DNA of 37,959 nt from Phoronis australis (lineage: Eukaryota > Animalia > Phoronida), in assembly GCA_002633005.1 (NCBI GenBank), contig NMRA01000095.1, forward strand, positions 591,978 through 629,936. The letters run 5' to 3'. Positions 1-23,467 of this stretch are shown here, piece by piece. The notes below the pieces were generated by a model, which saw nothing but the letters and a program-made list of their open reading frames with translations, was not told the DNA's origin and did no database searches. Both the position numbers and the translations under genes were made by a program. The number at the start of each line of letters is the position of its first letter. Position 1 is the first letter of the stretch.

Positions 1-89
1 ACCTCCCCCCTCTCGGCGCCACGCGCCTAGGATTCGACCTTTGCGGGAATCCTAAACCCCCCCTTGCTGAAAACGTACATCCGCCACTG
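1..89. mobile_element. Right end of a MITE-like repeat, truncated by the window edge
   Basis: C-runs followed by ATCCGCCACTG, the reverse complement of the CAGTGGCGGAT terminus at 23341. Confidence 0.4.
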
Positions 90-1174
90 ACCACAAGTAC
101 AAGTTTCAGTGAAACGACTTAATCACTGGCAAATCAGTATAACTAAACGTTTTAAACCTTTTCATGTTAGGACGCTTTTAGCGGTTTTGAACACCACTTT
201 TTCTTCATTTCGAGGTTAAATTCGAGCACAAATTCGGACACTTATTTCATGGCGTATGGTCGACGGAATCTTGGGCTAAGAAGCCTACTTGATGCTGGTC
301 TGTACCCCTACTCATTTAGAAACCTGCGTCCGCCCGCATCAATTTCAGTCAATGAAGGCTTCGAACTTTTTCTTGAAAACCCCACACACGCATTCAAGCA
401 AAATTTTAAAGACCGCGGGTTACCAAGTGAGGCCTAACCATGCATCCCTTCACCCCACCCACCGACACGGCCACGTGCGCAGGAGCAACTGCAGTGCTGA
501 AACTAGATTAAATTGAACTGGACAAAAAAGAAAACCTCTCGTCACTTTTATTTCTTCTCTGTTGTTTTATTTATTTATTTTTTTATTGGACTGCTAGAAA
601 GTATCATAACACCGCAAAAATCCGATAACCAGGGGTATTTTTCACGAAAAGTTACTTAAGACTTCACAAATGCTGAATAAATGTTTAGCCAAGTAATTAT
701 GTGGGCATCACCGACTAGAAATAATTTAAGGGAACTATTTCAGTAATTAGCTGTTATGTGTATAATATAATTTCAGAGACTGCACTCTTGCTCAAATGAG
801 ATTCAATTATTTTTCATGAATAGATGTGTGGAGCGTAAGACCAAATTGCTGACTTAAGTCCAAAGTCTCTTTTCATAAAACAAACTTCAGAACCAACTAT
901 TCTTTTTGATCTTATCGTCAGCTGTTTCATTGGCCCTCAAATAACGCAGGTACCATAATTGAAAACTTGTAATGTCGTTTCAAAAATAAAAATTGATGTC
1001 TTATAAATACCTCTATTAATTGGGAGCAAAAGAGTCCATGACGGGTTTCAAACAGAAAGTCACCCATTCTCAAAGCAAGTAATCAGAAGATTTGAGTTTA
1101 CATGATTACAAAATTATATAATGTTTAGGTTAAAATTAAACTGATAAGTCGTTTGATAGAAGATTGATGATTAC

Positions 1175-1593
1175 CGTGTGAAACTCGACTTTCCGGTGGT
1201 AAACATCATTTTTGTGTTCTTCAGGGGTCCATCTTTGACGACTGCTGCTTGACCATGTGTTGCTACCAATGTGTCATGTGTCAACTGTCACGCGAGGTCG
1301 ACATAGAGAAGAACACCGGAATCGTTATTCAACAACCGCAAGGTTTCGCCACCACAACTGTGGTGACACACTAAGCCAACAACACAGCGTGTCTGACCAC
1401 TTGCATTTAATTCTCCGACTGTAGGAGTTGGTGCCGAAAAGACGCCATAGTGCGCTGTTTTTTCGCAGTATTGATATACGAAATGCGTAGATTTTTTAGC
1501 ATACTCGGTATTGCTGTGGATTATTTTTTTTAGATTTCTAATAAGTTTTGATATGAGTCTACCTTTCGATTCTGTGCGAGAACTTCTCCGCAT
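1175..1593 (-). pseudogene. Interrupted reading frame resembling the N-terminal catalytic region of carbohydrate 6-O-sulfotransferases (CHST1/4/5/6-like), probably a pseudogene exon
   Basis: ORF 1288..1593 continues in frame past its TGA for 37 codons to a CG|gtaatc donor. CHHSCGGETLRLLNNDSGVLLYVDLA*QL aligns without gaps, by eye, to the recalled [29 protein letters not shown], with the stop at the conserved Trp. Identity is low. Confidence 0.4.
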
Positions 1594-3414
1594 GGGTGAT
1601 CCCGTGCCTAATTCTGTGATTTCCTAACCAAATGCGACTGGAACCCCTTCACGCTACCAGAGAAAATTAGGACACTCACTTAGACCTACAACGATACATT
1701 GACAGTGTACTGTGGTATGGGTTTTGCCTGCGTAGTGATTGCTCGAATTTTGACGAATATGTACAGCTGAAAAATTAAGATACCCAGCCTTGGTTGAGAC
1801 TGTACTACTCGCACGTTTTCTTAGATGATCTAAAGTTCCCAAAGTGGTCATTGGATTAAATTAAATTGTATTAAGTCAAAAAACGCGCATTTTCGTATAG
1901 TCAATAACCTGACCATAAAGCCCCCGCCTTCTATGAGGGAGTATCCCCGGGGGATTTTACTTTACAGTGCTTTGATTAATTCCTGGAGATTCATTTCATA
2001 TCAAACTGTTATGGACAATCTAAAAAGAATTGGTAAAACTATCGGTGCAGTCCGTCAAAGTTGCTCAAAGACATTTAAAACTATATGTGTTCTCTCTCCG
2101 TGTATGTGTGCCTGTGTGTTTATGTGTGCGTATGGTAATCAGAGCTTTTCGACTGATAAATGGCGGGTATAAAAAGGAGGTCGGTTTTTTATGTTTCGAT
2201 TGTGATGAGATAAACTCTCACTATTACCCCATATGTAATACGCTCAATTCATGTGATTAGCGTAGCCATGCTTGGCTGCCGGAAGAACACACAAAACGAA
2301 ATTCCCATGGATTTCCATGGATATTTCATTTTTTAACATTGACTGTAATGGCTTATAAATATGTTTATCAATAAAGACATGTTTCCCAGAAAGTGTTCGC
2401 TTGACTTTGATACATGTGTGTTTTGCTGGATCGTTGCCAATTGCAGATTTTCACTGACGACAAATACGATCCTGGTGATTCAAGTGCCAACGATTATTTC
2501 TGTATATCGCATAATGTGCACATATTTAGGCCAATTGGCCTGTAGCCGAAAACACGTTTTTTTTCAACATACGTTGAGCAATATGCAAATGTGCATACTA
2601 AACGAAAACAATTTACTCCCTACACTACTACTCCCACTCCCGCCGCTGTTCTTGAATTAACTAGCCAAATACAATACAATGGGTTGTTTTGCTGCACTAG
2701 TATGGCAATGTTAAACTTTGATTATTTGGTTTATTGTGTAATAAAAGAGCATTTCATTGGTCTCGGATAGAGTGTGTGTGTATGCACGGAGATACCAATC
2801 TATTGCGTAATCAAACGTCACAAACTATGGACCATCAGAATTGTTATACGTAACGAAGAATTATTAGGCCCCCACAAGTTACCTCGCACTGTCCCCGGGT
2901 TTATGATAGCTTGGGGTCTCGGCACGGGAAACAAGCACTGGCAGTTAATTGTTTGGGATCAAGGGGTGGAACGCCACCTCTACTGAGGCGTGAAAAGCAA
3001 AATTACCAGGTAATAAATTTGAAGGCGGTTACCGAAATTTGGTGTCGATCCGTAAGGGTGCACTGAAAATTGTGACACCGGGGCAGCTTCTGTCCTTGTT
3101 ACGCCACTGGGCGAAACTGTCTTCCGCTCGACTCGGATGTTCTCAACGCAAAGGGTTTGACACATACCAAAAGCGCTGAAGCCGGCCATAATCGACGTCA
3201 GGATTAAAAAAAGATCAGGAACCTAAAAATAAAGACCGCGAGTTTGTAATGTTGCAGGACTTTGAAAATATGAAACAACGGTATCAAACTATAGCTACAG
3301 ATGGTAACGTTTACGAAACCCTTTGTTTGACTGTCTGACTGTACTTACAATAAAAGCTTTTTATTACAGGGAATGTTTTTGACTGAGCTAATCATCTAAC
3401 AAGATGGTTTTATT

Positions 3415-3564
3415 CAGTGCTGTAGTGGTAAAATTAGAGGTAAGTAGGCGCCCAAAGCCTACCGTATCACCTTGAGCACTGAACGTAACTTAGGGTGCGT
3501 AGGCGCTACGTTCAAATGCTAATTTGGCTGCGCCTACGTGCGCCTACGCCCCACTGCAGTACTG
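3415..3564. mobile_element. hAT-type MITE (150 bp)
   Basis: Terminal inverted repeats CAGTGCTGTAGTGG / CCACTGCAGTACTG. 8-bp flanks GTTTTATT and GTTTCATT (7/8). Internal inverted GTAGGCGC/GCGCCTAC motifs. Confidence 0.7.
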
Positions 3565-4001
3565 GTTTCATTGAAATACCTCCAACAGAAAGTAAGTATA
3601 GACTAGCAATTTATTGTTATAATAAAGCTGTCTTCTCCATGTAGGCTTTAAGAAAATTTGTAGGTGTAGGCGTACCAAAATGTAGGGCAAAAATTACTCT
3701 TGACCCCCCCAGAAAAAGTACTAGTTTCGCCCCTGGTAGTCTCCTGGGCGACACTTTCTTTCGAGTGTAACATTATATGTCAAACAAAAATGCAGGGTTG
3801 TCTTCAGATGGAGTCATAGTGAACTGTTTTATACGATGATCTGTATTCATCATTAAATATTTAAGTAACTAAGTATTTAATAAAATATTCATTTACACGG
3901 CAACCAAATATTTACATAATTACTTCCCTGGACATTTTCCATCGTGTTCCGAAATCTGTGTACACATGAAAAGGATTTAAGATTGTTCATTGGACATTTG
4001 C

Positions 4002-4761
4002 ATCATATACCAAATTTGAACGTCCATAAATAACTGATGCTGTTTGTAACTTTTGTTTCCACAGCTGACAAAGTCTTTATTGCTGACTGTTTAGCTGTAG
4101 GCCTTGGACAATATATTTTAAGCTTACTGACTGCGTAAGAGACGTCGGGATGGGGGTCCACACGTGCTGTGCCCCTGAACAATAAGCAGGCATCAGGAAC
4201 CTGCAATAGCGACACTTTCTCCTGGAATTTTGTTGAAAAATGAGTACCCAAGTTTCTGGTGGCTGCCTCCCGGTGTTTAAGGTTGCCCCGGAACAGCCAT
4301 TAGCGTCAGCACGGCGGCGGGGGCTGGGAGCCGCGAAATTCGCTACAACCAAGGTGGGCAGGGGAGTTGAAAGTGGTGACACTTGAATCATATACCAAAT
4401 TTGGACGTCCAAGAATAACTGAGGATGCGGCTGTTTGTAACTTTTGTTTCGACAGCTGACAAAGTCTTTATTGCTGAACTGTTAAGCTGTAGGTCTTGGA
4501 CAATATATTTTAGCTTACTGACTGCGTAAGAGACGCCGAGGTGGGGGTCCATACGTGTACTGTGCCCCAATAATAAGCAGGCGTCAGGAATGTGCAATAG
4601 CGACACTTTCTCCTGGAATTTTGTTGAAGAAATGAGTACCCAAGTTTTTGGTGGCTGCCTCCCGGAACAGCAATTAACGTCAGCACGCCGGCGGGGGCCG
4701 GGAGTGAGTGCGAAATTCGGGAAAACAACCTAAGGTGGGCAGGGGGGTTGAAAGTGGTGAC
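4002..4761. repeat. Diverged tandem duplication, unit about 385 bp x2
   Basis: ATCATATACCAAATTTG starts at 4002 and 4387. Both copies end GTTGAAAGTGGTGAC (4380, 4761). Scattered substitutions and indels. Confidence 0.92.
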
Positions 4762-5720
4762 GACTCGAGAATATGAAATTTGGGACCGCGAGTTTGGCGA
4801 AGTCAAGTTAGTCTAGAGGTTTGTGTCGCCGCATATTGCTTATCCTTGGTACGCTGCGCCAGAAGTACTGATGTAAGTCTACCCCGGCCGGCTAAGATAA
4901 CTCATTGGCTGAAACTTTCAGTTCATGGACAGATTGATCACGCAATCCTTCTAAGAAACTAAATTTTCCGTGATTAACACTACAAAATTGGTCTCAGCTT
5001 GTCAATCACTTACTCAAATAATAAGTGATTTTTTGGTCTCTTAAAAAACAGTTCGTTATCATGCCAGATTCCTCGGAGTCCGGCGTTGCTCAGTGCATGC
5101 CTTGCTCAGTCGTGGCCGCAAATCAAATGGCAAGAGCGTGTAGCAGAGCCTGGTTTCAAGCAATTACGAACTGTCCCGGTTTCAGGCTCAGAAACCACAC
5201 CCATTTTGTCTGAGAAAGTGTTAAAACCAAATTTGTAACAGTAGTCCAAGACATTAAATACCTTTTTTTTCGTGATGGAAGGCGGGTTAGCCGACAAACA
5301 TGTTTCGTCTCATTTTTGTCGGTGACAGTTTCAAAGAAATTTCATCACAGAGAGACACGTACATTTGACAAAACAATCACATGATCACGAAAAATGAGCC
5401 GTTCTCCCATGCGGCAGGTCTCACATCATATTTTAATAGTTTCCAATAGGCCAGGTCATTAGTGATTAAGGCCGCAGCTGCAAATGACGTTTAACAAGAC
5501 TTTAGACAAAAAACACAATAAATAAAATATTTCGAGATAGCACCATTTGCTCATTAAAAAGTGATAGAACCGGTAGCTGGCGGACCATGCAAAGGTGCCA
5601 GAGTCAAGGTTCATGATAGCCAAGCCTGCAGTCAGACCCGCACGGGTGGCTAACTTACCGGTAGTCCTCCACATGTTACCAAACGCAGTTTTAGGTGAGC
5701 CGTACACAAATAATTACATT

Positions 5721-6375
5721 TGTAACGGGAATCGGTGGAGTGACCAGCACCGATCTATTTAGTTTCTAAAATGTCGACTGTTCGTAGCCGATAAAAAAAT
5801 TTGCAGCGTTGTGTACTTTTTCACTCGTTCGAATCGCATACGAGAGAACCATGGTGACAACTTATAGAGAGTGAAACAAGAGAATAGAAGATAAATATAC
5901 TGAGTTTTATTATGCAATAAATATGAAACACAAATCTACAAACTTACAACTCATCGCTAACTTCCGTCGTCGGACATCGCAGCTTTAACTTAAAACCCAA
6001 AGAATTTATAAACAAGAAGAATTCGCTGAAAAATGCAAAAGTCCAAATTTAAAAGGCCCAAACAGTTAGTTTGGTTGGTTGGGATTCCTTGCGGATAGAG
6101 TTGAGACCCGGTAGAATCCGAAGTTTTAGCGTGAGGGGCCCATTTTTATAGGCTTATTCGCACCACAAATGTTCCAAATTACTCTAAAATAGGGGTCTCA
6201 AGTTACATGTAAAAACCAATCAAAATAGAACTAAAAATTTCGTCATCGGAAGTCCCATATAAGGAATTGACCATCTTACACCTCTTTAAAATATATAATA
6301 ACACACCGCTTCTGGAACTAAACTGACGACTCGTCTTCACTCACGACTCCATCAATAGACGACGCTCCCGTCACA
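5721..6375 (-). mobile_element. Solo LTR (655 bp), Gypsy-like 4-bp target-site duplication
   Basis: Termini TGTAACGGGA...TCCCGTCACA (TG..CA, 9/10 inverted match), flanked by CATT on both sides (5717-5720, 6376-6379). On the minus strand TATAAAAA (6143-6150) precedes AATAAA (5906-5911). Confidence 0.75.
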
Positions 6376-6553
6376 CATTAAAAAATTATTGAATCAAAAT
6401 TCAATGAACATTGAGTTTTAAAAATGGTTTAGTTCCAAAGACGAATAGACACAGGTTTGTGGTAGTACGCAGACTAACAGTCGGTCCTTGTAGGTCACCG
6501 GACAGTATACCTGGCCGCTAGATGTCCCTATTTCTCGTTAAGTCTCGGCCATT

Positions 6554-6587
6554 GTTGCTACGCGACTGCAGTTTTCTCCGCCATCTT
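6554..6587 (+). promoter_or_regulatory. CFAP91 proximal promoter: RFX X-box-like GTTGCTACGCGAC (6554-6566) and YY1 consensus CCGCCATCTT (6578-6587)
   Basis: Motifs lie 70-105 nt upstream of the ATG in a CpG-enriched stretch. RFX control of ciliary genes via X-boxes is established. Confidence 0.6.
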
Positions 6588-6658
6588 AGATAGAATTGTT
6601 CATCAGGTAGACAGCGGACATTCACAAATTTACGTAGAAATTGTGGAAGAACCTCGCA

Positions 6659-19260
<12,602 letters not shown>

Positions 19261-19451
19261 ATTGGTGTTTCACTCTGACCTATTCTCATCACAGCTGCAG
19301 CAAAAACCTTTTTGTACTTGCTGTTTGATATTAATTATTTGTGACATAATTTCATGGTACATCTTATTTATCTTCACAAGCAATGTTATCAAAGACAGAA
19401 GGAACTGTGTTGATGTGTAATTGAATATCATTGTCATTTACACTTGATATA

Positions 19452-19457
19452 AATAAA
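19452..19457 (+). terminator. Candidate polyadenylation signal of CFAP91
   Basis: First AATAAA I found after the stop codon (about 190 nt downstream). Further AATAAA hexamers occur near 19905 and 20019. Confidence 0.5.
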
Positions 19458-21591
19458 TCACTGAACTACTGTTGATCACAAAAATGAAGCTTGGGAAACG
19501 TCAAAATGAACCATTTCCTGTTGACAGCGCTGTTCTAACCTTTCTGTGTGATAATTTCGTATCATTTCCCCCATTGTTTTTTGTCAATAATCTTTGTGCA
19601 AACCCTAAAGACGTGTGTGTTTAGTTGTACAAACATGTCAATAGTTGTACAGTTTGGGTCTAATAAGGAAGGTCGTGTTTCACTTGATGATGTTTTGTTA
19701 TCACACCCAACCCTTGAAGTGTCGGACTACATGTATATATCATCATTGATATGCTTATTTTAAGTTAAATCTTATTAAAACTTTATGTTTATCAACATTC
19801 CTTAGTTTATGTTCTAAGCCAGTGGTGAAAAAACAGTTTTTAAAAAGTGTTGATACGGCAGGTGTCAGATATTCAGAGCAAACCGTTGTCTATGTGCTGT
19901 CAAATAATAAAATTTATATTAATGTTATAATTTTGAGTTATTCCATAAAGTTATGAAATATTTCATGAATCATGTACTGTTTACTTTGAAAAGAATTGAG
20001 ATAAACGCACACCCAGTAAATAAAGGTATTTCTCAATCTTTCTTATAGATATCTATGGATTAACTTTAATACCTGTATACAACATGGAAAATCATTTGAA
20101 ATAAAACTTCTCCAAAAACATCTGAAATTAATAAATCGGGGCTTTTACAGTACGGTGTAATTGTAGTTCACTGTAATTCAGGTGGGTAGACTTTATTATT
20201 TCAGCAATGTTTCGTTGCGCCATTTAGATTTAAACCAGTGATGGTTGTGCCAAAATGTTTCTTGGCATGCTGGGTGACATATTGGACGGCTGGAAATTAA
20301 TGTGTGCCACTGGTTTACTCTCACTGCCGCTCTGAGACGGGTAAAATATGTTTATTCACATGGCGTGTAAATTGTTGTTGCCAATAATTTCTTATGTTTT
20401 CTACTGAAAAAGTGTCTTGGAAACTAATGAAATTTGAGTTGGGCACAGACTTTGCGGCAGGTGGCGTGGTTGAAACATGAGTGTCGTTTTCGTTGTGACT
20501 AAGGACATCTTTTTTTTCGTTGGGGCCAAGGGCGACGTTCTTTAATTTCTTTTTAATTTCTAATAGGCTAAATATGAGACTGTGCCTATACGTTATTGCT
20601 AGAGAATGGTATTACGTATGTGCACAAAACTAGTCGAATGGTGGAGCTTTTTTCTAACTGATGTTGCGTGTTGTCACAATCATGCCAGTGGTAAGGCTCT
20701 TCTTGTAGATGATAATGCACGCAAACAGAATTAGGAACTGTGACGACAGCCTTCCGTGAGATCTCTCGGGAATTGTGAGGACTTGTATTTTGATATTCCC
20801 AGTTAGAAGGTGCAATTGGGCATTCATGTTGACGTAACTAAGGATATGATAATCGTATCTAAATCATCATTTTTACATTCGGCGTGAACTTGTAAAATAA
20901 TGTCTAAAATCGAGCGTTTCGGGCACACAAAATTCACGTTTGCGGCAGCTACAGCGATCTCCGTAGAAAAAATATCCGTTACGAACTGGTCAAGTACCCA
21001 GACATTATATCCTTCAATTTACACCTACTGGGATCATAGACTATCTATGCTGGGATCTTTATGGTTTGAAAATGTTTCTGTGAGTTAATAAGTAATATCC
21101 ATGCGCGCATCGGCTTAAAAAAACGGGGGCTCGAATTTTTGAGAATGTGGACCTTTACTAAAAAGGGGGTACGTTCACAGCTATGAATTGTGCATACGCC
21201 GACTTTAGGTAGGCCCTACTTTTTGGAGTTTTTGTTTCTCTGAGGCGGACCTTTTTGCCCTCTTCGCCAAATGGGGGGGCTCGATTGAGCCCCCTAAGTC
21301 CATCAGTCAGAGCTTAAAAGTCGTCACCATTGGTACAAATTCTACTTGTTAGAACAGCTTCGTTGTCCTTATTATAAATATTGTAAAATAAGTAACCAAA
21401 TTAACAAGATTTGACCATGACTCGCTATTTAGTACCATCTCTTTATTTATTTCATCTCCCTTATCTAATTTCCATCATCCTTCGTCATTTATTTATTATC
21501 TAAATTCTCAACCTGATTTAATTGTATCTTTGTTATATCTATTTAATTATTGTTTTAGTACTTTATTGTATATTATTACATATTTTTTGTT

Positions 21592-21665
21592 GAGGGCCCT
21601 CTTGGAAAGCAGTGCTATCACTGAAGAGGTCACCCTCATTTTAAATAGTACAATAAATAATAAAT
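21592..21665 (+). mobile_element. Stem-loop plus AATAA-rich tail, probable 3' end of a truncated non-LTR retroelement
   Basis: Nested pairings GAGGG/CCCTC, CCTCTT/AAGAGG and CAGTG/CACTG, followed by AATAAATAATAAAT and preceded by a T-rich tract. Confidence 0.45.
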
Positions 21666-22576
21666 GACCAGTATTACACATACAGTCACAGGCACAAGCA
21701 CTTACACGAATATACACGCACGTGCTTGCGCGCGCATGTCGAGGCCTGGCTAATATTCAATAGACTAATGGACCACCTCTTGATATCCACAGTTTCTCGA
21801 ATAAAGCTTTGGAAACAAGGTAACATCTCCCTGTAAAATTAAAGAGTAACATTTCTGAGTTTTTGCTGTAGATGTGTTGTTTTCCCAAACAAGTATTAGT
21901 AAATTGGTTATATTTGATTCGGGTAATTTTCCAATGAAAATATCTCTTTTTGAAGACAGATGGGTTAAGCTTTGCGTTTTTGCAAATAGCTTCAAAATGT
22001 TGTTTTTCAATGGACATACTGTGACAGCTGTGACTTACACGTAAAATGGTCGTAAGAACTAAATAAAACTGACTGGGAATTATACAGTTACCAGGGTCAT
22101 GCTATGTAGGCACAAGACACTCGCGAATAAGTATTAGAGTGATCACAAATCATCACATTGTTCTCTTGTAATGCATGGCGATATCTCGCGAAGACTTGTG
22201 CGACACTGCTTTTCCGGTAAGCATTTACTTATTCTACGAGACGTAAAAAGTTTTCTTCTTCACTTCACAGGTTATGAAATGTTATTGTCATGACAACCAC
22301 ATTAGATGTACCACTCAACAACGGAAATTTTCATCGAATTTGATCTATGTTAACGAAGTTAAAACAAAAATGTGAGGTCAACGCGCCATTCTTTGTCTAT
22401 ATCTGCTACTTGAACGCTTATGGACGATCAAAAAATTGATATGCACCCCTTTCCTCCAGTTTCATTTTCTCAGACAAATATTGTACTGACGTTGAAAATT
22501 TTCCATTCTGTGCCCTTCGTTAAACGAAAGTCTCGGTAGTCACCACCGAAGGTACTTCATGTGCTACACGGTTTCT

Positions 22577-22777
22577 AACTGTAGTGATTACCTTCCTGAG
22601 CTAGTCGTCCAACTGTAGTGATTACCTTCCTGAGCTAGTCGTCCAACTGTAGTGATTACCTTCCTGAGCTAGTCGTCCAACTGTAGTGATTACCTTCCTG
22701 AGCTAGTCGTCAAACTGTAGTGATTACCTGCCTGAGCTAGTCGTCCAACTGTAGTGATTACCTTCCTGAGCTAGTCG
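22577..22777. repeat. Minisatellite, 34-bp unit x about 6, near perfect
   Basis: AACTGTAGTGATTACCTTCCTGAGCTAGTCGTCC head to tail at 22577, 22611, 22645, 22679, 22713 and 22747. No spacers. Confidence 0.97.
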
Positions 22778-23340
22778 AGTTCGTTTGCAATTTAGAAGGA
22801 ACAGTAGCGCATTCTATGATGATGCAATTTATGAGAGGCGTGAATACAAAAACTATGTGAATTTTAGATACGAACAAAACATTTTTGTTAATAATTACTA
22901 GCCCCGTGCTGTGGATACAGATGTGTGCCAAATTCTTTCAATTTTACATTTATTATTAAAAAAGTATAATTATTTTCGTAAAATATGCCGGACATCCGCT
23001 ATGGAATCTAAATTATCATAATTTTCATAAATTATTTCTCACTAAGGTATGCAAGAAAGGTTCTAGGGATATTTGAAGTCAATTGAAATCATACTTGGTA
23101 AATTGTTTTGAAATGGCGGCTGAATTTACGCTCCGATAAGTGCTCTCAGTTTTTTCCTGAGCCCAGAAACTACTTCTAAGCAGACCAGTTTTATAAAAAA
23201 TGTCTAAATCAAAAGTACGTGTTTTGACATTTTAAGTCGCGTTTATAGCACGTTTCAGTTAATGGTAAGTAAATTTGGTCACAATGTAATCTCAAATGGT
23301 ACCATGTAACCAATGATATATTTTTCGATGTGGTATTCAT

Positions 23341-23467
23341 CAGTGGCGGATTTGGGGGTGGCCGTGGGGGCAAGGGGGCCATGGCCTCCCTAAAATTCTC
23401 CCATGAATGTTAATCCTGACTAATACTCTGCCCTGCCCCCCAACTCAAAATCCTGGATCCGCCCTTG
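23341..23467. mobile_element. Small MITE-like element
   Basis: CAGTGGCGGAT...ATCCGCCCTTG inverted ends around G/C runs. A related end (ATCCGCCACTG) occurs near position 79-89. No clear target duplication. Confidence 0.5.

Noticed and set aside
1175-1270. Myb-like RWTPEEH peptide in another minus frame, and an X-box half site GTTGCTACC near 1259
   Set aside because: That frame has no ATG or good acceptor and lacks the rest of the Myb domain. The half site has no partner half.
1288-1290. Known selenoprotein family at the in-frame TGA
   Set aside because: The context YVDLA*QLTHD matches no selenoprotein motif I know, the aligned residue appears to be Trp, and no SECIS can be assessed inside the window.
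5827-5837. GTTCGAATC B-box suggesting a tRNA or SINE
   Set aside because: No A-box or cloverleaf nearby, and it lies within the solo LTR.
21592-21637. Type II hammerhead (GAAA...CTGAAGA)
   Set aside because: Only 3 nt are available for stem I and there is no closing pair before GAAA. A simple hairpin explains the sequence.
22577-22777. CRISPR-like array of 34-bp repeats
   Set aside because: Units are contiguous with no unique spacers, there are no cas genes, and the context is an intron-rich eukaryotic locus.
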